Assembly: GCF_006345805.1 (NCBI RefSeq)
Contig: NC_043002.1
Coordinates: forward strand, 15,810,001-15,874,000
Direction of reading: 5' to 3'
DNA length: 64,000 nt
Origin: Octopus sinensis
Lineage: Eukaryota
Positions 25,978-39,656 of the stretch are shown one piece after another (positions within the stretch are counted from its first letter, which is position 1; every line of letters starts with the position of its first letter). The position numbers were made by a program, and so were the translations under genes. The notes beneath the pieces are model-generated. The model searched no databases, had not been told where the DNA came from, and saw only the letters and a program-made list of their open reading frames with translations.

Positions 25978-28900
25978 ATGAACTTCATTTAGCCATTGTT
26001 CTTGCGAAAGGTGTTGCAACGACATCTAGTACTATTGTCTCGTTGTTGTTTAGTTCCAATGTGTGTCCTCATCGAGCTGACGTTGGGTCGAATGCTTATG
26101 CTTTCCAGCTTTGCCCATCCCGTCTCATTTGAGATTACTGTGCACCTCATGCTTTTCAAATTTTTTGTTTTAAACATTTTATTAATATTTTATTTTACTG
26201 AGGTCTCTACTAATTACATCAAAACGATTCAAACGACCATAGAAAGTTTGGTTTGCTGTTGTTGGAAGATGAAAGAAACTGTAATTCTTTGATATTTGTT
26301 GCTGTTGAAAATGGTGATGACGATAACTGTTATCTTCCACTTCGTCTGCAAAACTGCTGCTTTTGATATTTTTGGTAATGTGACTATATTGATAGTGATG
26401 AAGATGTCACTGGTAATTTAGCTCTTTGCTTGATGCCATTGATAATGTGTTTCTGGTGTAATATGTATAATGTTGTTACTATTACCATAGCAGTAGTAGT
26501 AGTAGTTGTAGTTGTTGTTGTTTTTGTTCTTGCGGCTGTTTTCCTCTGGGTGTGGGATACAGATGGTTTTAATGATTGGTTAATATTCTTGATTGTTTTC
26601 CAAGGTTAGTTTTAATGGAGCTGACTGTAACGAGAATCGGTTGCGGCTGGAGCAACTTTGATCATAGATCAAAAATGTTCCAACCATAAATCATCTTTCT
26701 TTATAAATAATCAAAGAATATATTGCAAAATATTCCAATAACTATTTGACATATTTTGCAATATTCACAAAAGTGCATTTTTTTTTCAATATAAATTAGC
26801 AAAATATATAAATATATAAATGCATATGACGCGATTTAGTTGCTATATCTTGCAGTTAATGTGTGTACACAGAGACTGCATCTTGACATAAGGCGCTACT
26901 TATGGTGATGGTGTCTAGAGAGTTTCTGTCGACCTTCCTATTTTGTTCTCAATGTGATCGAGGTTCGACTGTCACATATTTTGTATAACCAATGTGTCCT
27001 TTATAGAGATGGCAGGAAGAAATTTAGCAGACGCTTGAAAGTCGAAGGATCTCTATTAATACCAGCTGATTTAATAGTAACATCAATAGATCTCGCTTTT
27101 TGGTAATTTGCTTCTTGTTCTTATTAAATGGTTGTACCGGCAGAGTAGACTTATGATTAGTGGTGTTCCAGCCGAATCTACCTCACCATATTTTTTAATA
27201 TTTAGCTCTTTTTTAGGTCTGAGCAAGTATATAATTCCTTCTTCTGGTTGGGCATGTGTATATTTTCTATATTTTCTAATTCTTCCATTTGTTTCTGACA
27301 TTAGAGTGTGATGTGATATGGATTTTACTGCTGTTTCTAGGGTGTTTAGAGGATCTCTTGTTAGCGTATTACCTGCACATAAAAACTTTTGTTTCTAATT
27401 TTCTGTAATTGCTGTCTTTTTATTTGTTCTTGTTGCTGCTCGTATATTTAAAATAGTAAAGACCACGCATTCGTAAACAACGATATTGTTCTTTAAACAC
27501 ACAGCAGCAACGATCAGCTGTGATCAAGGATATTCCAAATACTGTGACCTTCCATTTTCAGTGTATATAGACAGCTACGTTGTCGGATGAGTTCATTATT
27601 ATCAAGCAAGTAACAATTTGAATGAAATTTAGCAGCTATTTCTAGTAGGACTATATGTCTTGATATTCGTTCGTTGTTGTTCAGTCTCAGAGTAGCAATG
27701 AGCAGTGACATCTATGGTCAAAAGCGCTCCAGTCATGATCATCTCCTACTTTACAGTATGTAGGCCTCCCAGGACCATGTCATGTAATACATCGTTTAGT
27801 AAAAGTGTTGCATGTTAAATAACGGTGACTTGACTTCTCTTAGTTGCATATCGAGCGACCACGAAGGGGTTCTCCCGTTGTGTTTTTGGCTCACACTCAC
27901 ACACGCGTATGAGCACAAACAATTCACAAGCCACACGTCAAGTCGAATTGAAGTGAATCACGATCTATGACCAGAATCATTCAAATCATGGCATTCATTT
28001 ATTGGAAACCCAAGAACATTTGCTTGTGCCCCATTCCTATTTCAGATGACGGGATGAGATTTGAGGTAGGATATATCTTGTTATTTTTAGCAGTTCAAAT
28101 GCCCAAATGTAATCTTTTCGAACTTTAAGTTTTTGCTTAACAAGTCGAAGTCAGTTCTCAAGAAAACTACATCTGACCAAATAGTTTTCATTCGGAACTG
28201 TTCCGTTTTAATTGATCATACATAATTTTTATAGGACTACATTACTCAATATAATCTCTATTTCCTAAGCGCGTTATAATCAGAAGGAGAATTAGATAAT
28301 TTGTTCAATTTCTAGAAGACATCTTGGTGGAATTCTATCAATGTGTACGAGATTCCTTTCATGCCGTTGTCCCTTTGTGAAGTAAATCCACATTATATAC
28401 AAAATAGTTTTTGAAAATATCTGAAGAATGGCATGCTGATTTGGCTACATCTCCTACAGGGAAACGAAAACATGCTTTCTCTCGTTAACGGACTATAGTT
28501 TTCAATGCTTCAATGAAGATTAGTACAGGTTGATGAATCATGTGAACAAATCTGTTTCAGCAGCACCGGTTCCATGTGTGCATAAGGGGCACTAAAACGA
28601 CCTCACTCCGTATTTGATAGGGTAATTGGTGTTGTACTAATAAATTTATATAAATGTTAATGCTATTAATTGCCTTGCCTTTTTTTCACTTGGTCGGGAG
28701 ACACTGTACCTTTACTCTTGAAATTTGTAAAATGTACCCGTTTTATGAAGTAACTTGTATATTTTCAATTACGTTTCCTTGATTTTTTTAGTTGGTAGTG
28801 AGTGATATGAGCTAACCTTTTTGCTGATACTAATATTTAGAGTGACTATATAGAGGTTTCCTGTGTTGGTGGTTTTTGCTTTTATTCTGTAGAATATATC

Positions 28901-29435
28901 AACTCCTCTCTCAAAGTGTTAGAGCTTGTTCCAGAAAGCGATGAACCACTCAATAATGGAATTATTCTCTCACAGCTGAGAGCAAAGACGTGTACCTGGC
29001 ACATATCAAAGTAGAAGACTGAAAAGCTAGCAGAAAATAATTCAGTTTCTGTCCCGAATACATCACGAAATTATAGACATTGGACAATATGCTTAAATGC
29101 TGGAAGTATATAGCCTCGAAAATGTCACTACCTCCTTGCAGCAAAATATAATTAAGAAAGATTACTTAGTAAGTGTATCCAGTACAAGATGGTAACAATG
29201 ATGTAAATTGAAAGAAAACACAACTGCATTCCATTGGCTACATACGAAACGAAAACTGGTTACGATTTAACTTGTTTGCGTCTATCTTCACACAGTCATA
29301 TTTGCTAACACTAGAGCAATCTTTGACAGCAAACAGGTTGCGTAACAAGATTCGCTAATAGATTACAATCCAAAAGTGGATAAGTAAATAGACACAAATG
29401 ATGTTTGAACGCCAGTAGATTAACTGACCGAATAA

Positions 29436-29700
29436 CATCATCATCATCATCATCGTTTAGCGTCCGCTTTCCATGCTAGCCTGGGTTGGAAGGTTCAACT
29501 GGGGTCTGGGAAGCTGGAAGGCTGCACCAGGCCCAGTCTGATCTGGCAATGTTTCTACGGCTGGATGCCCTTCCTACCGCCAACCACTCCGTGAGTGTAG
29601 TGGGTGCTTTTTAAGTGCCATCGGCACAGGTGCCAGACGAGGCTGGCAAACGGCCACGATCGGATGGTGCTTTTTACGTGCCACCGGCACGGAGGCCAGG
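29436..29700 (-). mobile_element. SINE-like family C, 5'-truncated, (GAT)n tail
   Basis: (CAT)n then CGTTTAGCGTCCGCTTTCCATGC; GGATGCCCTTCCTA motif; internal GGTGCTTTTTA.GTGCCA.CGGCAC subrepeats; homologous to 47859-48283. Confidence 0.85.
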
Positions 29701-31108
29701 CGAAGATCAATATCATATTTCGCTTTTTCCGTCATTATTTACTTTTCGATATTGCTGTTGTTATTATTATTATTATTATATTATTATTATTATTATTATT
29801 GCTGTTGTTGTTGTTGTTTTTGTTGTTGTTGTTGTGGATTTCATTTATTTCTTAATTTTTTAATATTTGTTTGGAAATAATATGGAAGACATATTAAGCT
29901 GATTGATTGCCCACATAATCTAATAGCGTATCTCATTATCAGGATGTAACTGGTTTGTCCAATATTTGCATTTCAGTTACTTTTGCCCTCTCTCTCAATC
30001 AATTGTGTACACTGATAAATTATATACAAACTGTACGGCGAATCTATTAATGTAAACAAATATTTTCGCAATACGATACATTCGGCAATCAGTCTAAATG
30101 TCAATCAATCACTCTGAGTCTAAAGTTTCTACGAATCAAAGCAGGGAAAAACATTCTCTCTTTGTCTGTCTGTCTGTCTCTCTCTCACTTTATATTAATC
30201 AATACAACACTGTTATACACACATACATACACTCATACAAATGTCTATAATGGAAATCCAGTCTATTACAGAATAAAGTAGTGACACTGGGGAACATCTG
30301 CTATTTTTGATTATTAAAATGAGGGATGACTAACGCAGGGTAATATGTTGTGAAGATATGGCCAAAAATCATTTGCATCCTGAAGGATTTTTTGATTCTT
30401 GTCCATAAGATTCGGGGAGCAGTCCCGGTTGTATCCTTACCACAGTTAATCAATACGCGTCGATTATGATTACAAGGGTACGTCGCCAGAAGGAAAACTT
30501 GGCCTTTAGATAATGTTGGAAATGGAATGAGATGAACGGGTGTAGCTGCTTGGATGCTGGTCACTTGGCACGACTAACTGGATATTCAGCAGTAAACTTT
30601 GTCGCTGGAGGCAAAAACGCACTCGTACGAAGAAATATTGCGAGGAAGAGGGGGAAGTGGTAATTTATTAATTGAATACAATTGGCAAGAACTGTTTCTC
30701 TCACTTCGTACACAAAGAAGAAGAGAAATACACTTACTTATATATAAAGGAAAGAGTCAGAGAGAGAGACAGACAGACAGGCAGACAGACAAAATATATT
30801 GAAGAATTCAGCGTCGAATCAGTAGCACCAAAGTAGAGGTGCTACAAATTTAGCAATTTTTGGCAAAACATGTACCCTCTTGCCAAGTTATAACAAAAGG
30901 TCAGGGAAATATTTATATTTACAGTTGGATAGATAGACAAATATAACAAAATAATTTGACAAAAAATGTGAATTTTTAATTATTTTCTGAGATTTTACAA
31001 AAACAACAAAAATATTATTAAAAAAAATATCCTGTTGAAAAATCGTTCATCAACTCTGAAACTCACTTATGTGATCACCATTATATGCCCAAACGACAGA
31101 GTACTCTT

Positions 31109-32305
31109 CTATTCACCATTACAAGTAAAATCTGGCTTAGAGCTAATGATGTCAATGGGTGTGGCAAAAATCATTTTCCGACATGCATCTTTATAAACAT
31201 ACATAGGTTCATCTATATCGGATTTTAATGTGTTGAAATTAGCCCACATTAGTTGACGCGAGGTTATTTCAAAATTCTGGCGGAATGCATGTCTAATCGT
31301 GTCGGTGCTCCGTCGGAAGAGCAAGTGTATCATATCAAGTATCGTACTTTATAATTTAGATATATGTAGCCTTGTAAAACAGTTATGTTAAATGGTTTGT
31401 TCAGATATCTAGAAGTCTCATCAAGCAATAGGCCGATAGAAAGCTATCCCTGACGAACGCATATATCGCATCCATTACATATAACCGCTTGGCCGTCAAT
31501 CCCTGCCCCAATCTACCGAATTTGAGCGCCAACTTTTCCGGTTTCAGCAAAAAGGATGTTTTTTGTTGGTCAGGTACTCTATTTGTTATAAACTCCCTGA
31601 GTGGATATTGGTCGTGTGGACAATGATGCGCAGTCATACCCTGAAGCTGTTTTTATATTAAGCAGGTGCAGCTGCCGAACTGAGCGTCGATGAAAGACCA
31701 CACGCTGTCTATTCTAGAGAAGTACCGAGCTGCGACAAATGAACAATTTCTAGTAAGCATTGGCAGTGTTAGCGGGGCGCATTACTAGTCCAGGTTCAAC
31801 TCAAAAAGCATGAAAGCAACGTCAATACTTCCTTCTCGAGATGCGATCAGAGCAGCGAAATTCTTCTGCATGCACTCCTTTAGTGCATGTATTGCCAACT
31901 TGTGGTGTGATGTCGAATACCTGCTGTTGTGCGTAGGATAGATCCGGATACCGGTTGGGTACATTATGAATACAGTCCTGCTGTTATCCTATTGATGGGA
32001 AGGCCAAACGTTGTTTAGTTCACGAGCAATTTTAGCAAAAGCCATAATTTAATTTTTTAAGATTCACTCGATATTCTTATTCCATCTGAAGGTGGAATGA
32101 GAAGTAAATGTGTTAACAGCTGGGAGAGTGTGGCAAGAACGGTTCAATCAAATGATCCTGCTCTGAACATGCAGATATAGATTGGAGGAGAATGAGGAGA
32201 GTGCACTTGGCGTAATGATCAAGATGACCGAGCTTTGTGAGGCTTCCACGAACAGACTTTGCAAGCAAATCTGCCTCAGTTTGGTGAATTGTCTTATTTG
32301 AATAT
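31109..32305 (-). pseudogene. Decayed intronless coding sequence of unknown identity
   Basis: One frame from ATG 32045 to 31401 (215 codons) has only 4 internal stops. It continues via frameshifts into the 31333-31109 ORF, and a further 63-codon stop-free stretch lies at about 32110-32305. GC is higher than the flanks. Confidence 0.45.
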
Positions 32306-32407
32306 TTTAAGTTTTTTTTCTTTGTTATTATACTGTTTAGAAACGATCTGCTGGGAAACTATTATGGAAGTTATTATTGTTATTATTATTATCATCATTA
32401 TACCCAT

Positions 32408-33807
32408 CACTGTTAGTTTCTAAGGATAAAGCGTCATTTCTCGAAACATGTTTGATGTTACAAGGTGTCACGTTACATAATGGAGTGTCCTGGATCCAAA
32501 GAGATGAACTCAATATCTCGTGTGACCACTGTTAAGGTTGATTACCGCAAGGCATCTGTACATTAAATGCACCAAACGATTGATGAATGCCATTGGTATT
32601 GCAGCCCACACTCTGTTAAAATAGCAATTAGTTGTCCCGCAAATGTCGGCCTTTGATGGATAGCATTTAACCTTCAATGAATTTCGTGCCACAAGTGCTC
32701 TATGGGGTTCAAGTCCAGACTTAGGGCAAGCCATGGCAGGGTCTGTATCTTGTGATGTTGGAGGCACTGTTCTGACCAATCGGCAGTACGGTCATGGGTG
32801 TTGTCATGTTGGAACGTGTGTTTCCGATGACGGCCAAAATATTACACAACGTGAGGCTTCAAACCTTGGTCGATGTAGGGAGCAGCAGTCACTCCGTTGC
32901 CCCGGTCTTGGCCAATGTTTCGGAAGACCACTAGTCCACGTTTCTGGTCGACTGCAATCTCGCCCCCACACCATGATGCTCTCTCTCATCCCCAATTGTT
33001 CTCTCCACCACACAAGCATCGGCATGACGTTCACCCCTTTTTCAAACCCTACCTTTGCCACCTGCCGCAGAATTACAATATCGACTTTCGTCAGAGAAGA
33101 CTACGATAGTACACTGCTGATATTACCAGTTCTGACGTTTTTAATCCCACTGCTGACGTGCCCGTCGACGTCGGTCTGTGAGGATGGGGCCCCAGCCGGA
33201 CGCCAACAACGTCAGATTGAAGGATCTCAACCGGCGGTGAACTCTCTCTGCACAAATGGGTCTGAGGTGAGACCCTATGGTTTGCCCAGCTAATTCCGTT
33301 GCCCTTTGGAATCGGTGCTGTCGGTGCAGGTGGCGAAATTAACGTGCCGTTGTAACCCTTGGTCAGTCACTTCGGGGATGATCATCCGTGCTGTTCGTTA
33401 CATTATATCGTTCCCTCAGCCGCTTAATTGTTCGAATACTGCAGTTCAAGATATTAGCAATGACCCAAGGATGTTGACCAGCATGGAGAGGGCCGATGGC
33501 TTGCTGCGTTCGGGATACGAGTGACAGGCTGGTAAATTTGGGTGCCTTTTATACCCAATGAGACAACGTCTTGCATATGCATCATGCTTTTCATAAAGAT
33601 GCGTTTGCGAGCATTACCGTGTTCATGAAGTGAGCGAGTTCGAACCTTACATGCAATCTTTGTTTTCATCAGAGAGTGGTTTTGTGGATCAGCGACATAT
33701 TTCTGCTGTTAAATTATCTAGAAATGTGATAAAAATCCATATAATCTCAATATTGTGTGTGAAACAAATAATCTTTTACAGAGCGACGTTTTTTTTGTAG
33801 TTCAGTA
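32408..33807 (-). mobile_element. Tc1-family DNA transposon, decayed
   Basis: Contains the transposase remnant. Right terminus reads TATACTGAACTACAAAAAAAACGTC on the minus strand (Tc1-like). The left TIR is only weakly recognisable near 32408-32465, so that boundary is uncertain. Confidence 0.8.
32510..33533 (-). pseudogene. Tc1 (DD34E) transposase pseudogene
   Basis: Manual translation: HTH-like IANILNCSIRTIKRLRERY, VVFSDESRY (about 33090), SIMVWG, FQHDN (about 32805) with exactly 34 residues to the E of SLDLNPIEHLW, C-terminus CLAVINLNSGHTRY*. Multiple stops and frameshifts. Confidence 0.93.
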
Positions 33808-36800
33808 TATATATAGCAATAAAACCATTTTTTGTATTCCTCATAGTGTTACAAGAATAGAGAATGTATGTTTTGTGCTATAAATGTACCAGTTCGTACA
33901 TTTTCTCGCAAATTACTTAAAGTAATTCATAATAATGGAGTCTGTTTGTCTCATATTTATATTCAGCATATATTCATATTGAACTTACCTATGCAAAAAG
34001 TAACGAAGCGCCGATGCCGTGTAAACGTTGCGGAATATGCCATTGCTTAGTATCTAGTGACACAATTTGATTACCGTGATTGTAAAGTATAGAAATTTAA
34101 TCTTAAAACATTTAAAAGAAAACAATCTTCTAATATATTTACATTACTGTGAATGTGTTTTATTCATCTCGCTTAAATAAGCGAATTTGTTGTGAACTTC
34201 GCCATTTTCCCTTTCATTTAAATGAACTGTGACCTTCTTAAACTGAAGATAATCTTTTGTCGCCCTGCTGATATTTTCATTTATTTATTTAGAATGGCTA
34301 CTTTACTATATATATATATACCAAGTATATTTCTATGAGAAAAACTTTCAAGCGATTTCTCAATCAATATGTCTGTACTGTAAGTTTTCATATTTCAGCT
34401 GGTTAAACTTTAGTTCATCCAAACGGTCTTCTATCTTATAGCCACACTTAGATACTTCCTGTCATGACCGTAGGATGTCAAGACAAAACAGGAGAAACGT
34501 GCTTGCATCACGTCTCTCCAACAAACTTTCCTCTGATTTATATTTTCTGAAGGTGTGATTTGGGACTGGGACAGGGTCAATTTACACTACTTTTAAGTAA
34601 AGTATTTGTTTTACATTATAACCTACTGAACTTATTCTTGTATCCGTTTGCAGTAAAATTCACTTAATTGTTATTTCACATCTCAATATTTCTTTGAAAG
34701 ACGATTCTATCATTATTTTCGTTCTTCACTGGCAATAATATATTTTAGAAACAGGAAGTCATTCAGTTTCATTGATTCCAAACAACTTTCATTAGACAAG
34801 TCTTTTTACTTTAGTAAACATAGCTATCCCACATAAATATAGGAATAAACGCAGTAACCCCCATTCATAAAACCTATCTTCTTTTTTTACGTGACACTAT
34901 TGAAAGCAACAACTCCGTATTGAAAGCACGGTTCTAGATATTTTATAGACTTATTTTGGGTGCCAGAAAAATCGATATTATATTTCGCATATGGCGTATT
35001 CCCTCGCAACTGCTTTTATTATTATTATCCTGTTGCACTAACAAAACAGTCCCGACCGTTAGCACAAGTGTGTGCGAGAGCATATATATATATATGTGAG
35101 AGTATTGTAATTCGCTTGAAGCATTGTGTGTTATTTGTAAACAATAATAATAGTAAATAGTAATATGTTTTGAATGGCGCAACAATGCAGTATGATAACA
35201 ACAACGGGCTATAGTAAGTGGTTTAATTTAATCATCCATAATGTCATATAATATTTCGGAATATAAAAATTCCTTCTCCAGATATCCCTATGAATGCATG
35301 TGTTTTATGCAATTATATTTTTCACGATTGTAAGGTATATAATGTTTCTTATACCATACCTCATAAATGTACACGTGTGTATACAGTTTTATACCAAAAA
35401 GTTCTTTCGTAAGTTTACTTTGTAGATTTAAGCCTATTTCAATGATCATTAGGTCGTTGTAAAAAGTTAGATGTAGCACCAAGTAATCTGATAAAATTAG
35501 GTCAAAATCACAAAATGGTAAATACTATAATTTAATAAATGAAATAAATTGTGGTGTTTAGGCAGAAAAAAAATGTCGCATTTCGTACACAGCCCTTCAT
35601 CTCTTCTTCGTTCGAAAACTTGTGCCCGAAACGTTCGATTTCGTTTCTTCCTCCGGGAAATATTTATTTCTTCCTGGCAAATTTCTATATATAAAATATA
35701 TTACCTGCATTAGGAATATAAATGGAGCCTTATCAATGCGGGCTATATTTTGTTGATATTTCTAGTTATAACACTTCTAGTACTTTGTTACTGTTTATTG
35801 TTTTCGATAGTAATAACTAAAATGTTATTGTTTCGACTGTTCTTCAGTTATCTGTAGCTCAAAGACGTTTCGTTCAGTACCATATATTATTTGATTTATG
35901 TGTTCTCAACAGAAAATGGATTAAATAGTATGTAACAATGTTACTTACATAGGCTATAAAGACGATCGATTGTGCATATGCTCATATTTTCAATTCACTT
36001 TCATTATTCCACTGAAAATCTATTATTATTACAACTATTATTAGTTGTCATATGCTTAATGTCGAATACTTGTTCTTATTGTGGGTGTTATTTTCGATAG
36101 TTTCTTTCTTAATATTTCTTTTTATTGCATCTGTTCCTGTCGTTGTCGATTATTAATGATAATATTTTAAAGATTGTTGTCTAGACAGCGTCTAGAGCAT
36201 TGCATTATAATTTTGATAAATATATTATCTGCTTTAGCACATTTATCGATGGCAATTCATTTTTATTTATTTATTCTCCATCTTTTTTTCCGCCTTACTT
36301 TTCCCTATGTTTTTTCTCAAATTTTCTTTCATCACTCTTTGAGTATTTTATCTAAAATATTCTAATCACTTCCACTACGTTTCTATGCAAAGTCTTCTAT
36401 GAAGCGTTCCTTCCATTCCAATCTACATCCAGTTCATTTCGGTGTCTCCGGTTTGTAGGTATTTTCTTTCGCTTGATCTATTTGCAGATATCTTGGAATA
36501 AGTATGTTTAATTTGAACAGCGTCACGGCTGCGATTATATCCGTAATAAAAGAAAAAAATAGTTTGTTCTCTACTTTTATCTACGGAATATCGACGATGC
36601 ATTTGTCAGCATTTCCATGGGTTGTTAGAGAAAGGGGTTTGGATTTTCAAAGTGCAGAACAGATCTATCATACTGTACTCTGGCCAAGCTGAAAAATTAA
36701 TGAAACCAAGCAGAAATCGTTCACTTTGCACGAACCAGATTGCTTCTGGATTAATAACTATATATATTGTTGATTAAATTCTGCATTGTATGTACGGAGT

Positions 36801-37269
36801 TAAATAATTTGTATAACATCCGATATAATTCGGCTAGTCACATTACATTAAATAGTATCTCACTCTTTCTCTCTCTCTCATTCTCATTTTCTCTCTCTCA
36901 CACTCATTCCCTCACTCTGTCATTCTCGCTCCCACTATCTGATAGTCAGTTTACATATCTTCATTTGTCTTTCTACTCACATATGAATAGATTAATACAC
37001 AGTAAATTTTCCTTCAAGATATTTAAGTTCTGTTTAATTCTCTTTCATTTTCGCGGAAGGCAATTTAATATTAGAGGGAATTCGACTAATTCTTATCGCA
37101 TAACCTGAGGTCTTCTTTCATCCAAAAGACACCATTTTCAGGTTCCAGACCTGATCATGCCAGTGCTGTATACTTTTAACACAAAATTTTACGACCTGTC
37201 GTATAGTGTCAAATTTTACCTTTGTTCTTAAAAGTTCAAGCAGTCACGTAACAATACCTTTCTCGGTAT

Positions 37270-37800
37270 GATCATATTTAATTTCCTAAGTCCTTTCGCG
37301 TTTTTTCTTAACACATTTTTTCTTAAAACATTTTCAACATTTCACCCATTTTCATTTCCTTGTTCTCCTCTTGAATTTCTTATAATCTTGCTGTTATTCC
37401 ATTTACTTCTTTCACTTTTGTCATCTGCAGAACTCCTTCTTACACATTTCCTACCACAAAATTTATTTATTCATTATTCCTTCATTTTACACTCCTTCAA
37501 TCATTTTGAATTTATTTATATTTTTACTTTTCTAAAAACATTTCCCCTCTTTCATCTTAACGCTTCCTCAATCATTTTAAAATTTCCTTAATCTTTTTCT
37601 TCAAATTTGAGCATTTATATTTCTTTCTCTATCACCTCATTCACGTTTCTTCACCTTTTCCTCGAACCTTTATCACACTTTCATTTATTACTTCATTTTC
37701 TCTTTCTTTTTCTCATCATCTCTGATTTCTCTCCTTACATTTTCTGTACTTCTTTCAATTACACTTTCAGTGTTTATTATTGCTTTATAGCAGTTTCTTA
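37270..37800. repeat. Long pyrimidine-rich low-complexity tract
   Basis: Strong T/C bias on the + strand without clear periodicity. Confidence 0.6.
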
Positions 37801-38176
37801 ATTTACGTTTTCTTTTTAAGTCTAGAATTACCGCGATGCTTAATACTATACCCATTATCTTATAGATATAAAATGGTACAGCTTGGTGCTAAAAGTTCAA
37901 GCAAAAACCAACAACCACCGCACACAAAGATATACTATAATGCTGTAATGGCATTATCGCCTCTTTAACAAAAACAAAATTAGAACAATGGTAAAAATAA
38001 CAAAAATATTTTAGTTTTTCATAAACATTTTGGTATGCACCAAATTTGGTGTGTGTATTATTTTATATTCTCCTCCCCCGCCTTTGACATGCTCATATAG
38101 ATACACATATACAGGCATACACATTCACTTGTCTATGTAATGCTGTAATGGTTATATGTATATGCCTGTGCTTAAC

Positions 38177-38241
<65 letters not shown>

Positions 38242-38871
38242 GTATGAATGCAATCTTACTAAAATACAAAAGAAAACATATTTATAGATTGCAAAGATAG
38301 CAAGCTGTTCCATTATTATCTTTTTACATCTATTTTTTCTATTTCACTTCATTCATTCATTTTTATTTTTTATTTTTATTCATGTTATTATTAACACTAC
38401 GATTGCTGTTACGCTACTATTATATGTAGCCGATTTTATTGGATTATTATTATTATTATTATCATTATTATTATTATTATTATTATTAGCAGTAGTAGTA
38501 GTTGTAGTAGTAGTAGTATTGGAAGTAATAATAATAGTGTCTATATTTTTGTACGTTTATTTTTTTGTGCTGTGTGGATTATTTATTTATATATAATTTT
38601 TAGTTTTTCTTTCTTTTTTCGTTTCGCATTTTATTTTTCTCCAAAATCGTACAAGAAGTGCTTTTTAACGCAAGAATCAATACTTGACTTTGTGAGATAT
38701 ACTTTAGTCGTGTCACTTAAGCCGTAAGATGTCTTCCGATAAATAACATTTTTGAAGTGCACTCTGCATTAAATGCATTATGTTATCTGTTTACCCAGAA
38801 TGCCATTCGATAAGTACCGATTATACTTATCAATACTTTTGTAAAAAAACCATGTTGAAAAGTTTAAAATG

Positions 38872-38929
<58 letters not shown>

Positions 38930-39489
38930 ATATTCAAACTGCTTTTAGCTAGTTCAGTGTGTTATCATTGGCTAATGCATAAAGGTGCAGGGAGATCCAC
39001 TGAATAAGAAAAAAGACTATAAATAACCGTTCTATGAATAGATGAGTGTTGCATCCTCTTTTGTGTCATACAAATGATGTATATTTAACAGCTGTGAAAT
39101 TTACTTTTCGTTTCAATTTGTTAATGAATTAGATTTCCAATAATAATTTTACGCTGATTGAATTAAACGCTAGTTATTGTTTACTGATGTTTAACTGTAA
39201 TTTCAACAACATTGTGTCTCTAGAAAAATCTTAGGCTGTTTTCTTTGTTTGTTCTCTTTTCTTTTTCTTTTTTTTTTTTTTTTTTGCCAAGCGTTGCTGT
39301 TCTGAACGGAAAAAGAAAGGCTTTGTAGAAATTGCTTCCTGCAAGTTTAAAAGAGGAGGGTTGGCTGAGACATTGTAAATTAATCAGGGTTTAAGAACGC
39401 GTGAAATGCATCTTTATATTTCAGAGGACCAAAAACCATTTTCTAAGTGTAGTAGGGAGAGGGATATAATATTTTGTTAAGCGTTGATG

Positions 39490-39616
39490 TGGTTGCGTGA
39501 TAAGAAGTTTTCTCCCGACCACACCTGCGTGACACCTTGGGAAACATCTTCTACTCTAGCGTCGGGCCGGCAAAAAGCTTATGAATGGATTTAGTAGACG
39601 GAAAACGAAAGATCAT

Positions 39617-39656
<40 letters not shown>

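Noticed and set aside
27083-27301. 72-aa ORF possibly from a LINE reverse-transcriptase region
   Set aside because: No diagnostic motif clear enough to call
32733-33293. 186-aa + strand ORF
   Set aside because: Antisense shadow of the Tc1 transposase pseudogene
34010-34058. Possible Helitron 3' end (weak hairpin plus CTAGT)
   Set aside because: Poor hairpin and no second copy in the window
35605-35650. CCGAAACGTT motif as a third hammerhead
   Set aside because: No upstream CTGANGA core
36590-36688. Minus-strand acceptor TTTTTCAG followed by short frames (possible terminal exon)
   Set aside because: Only 20-27 codons, no recognisable homology, no linked upstream exon
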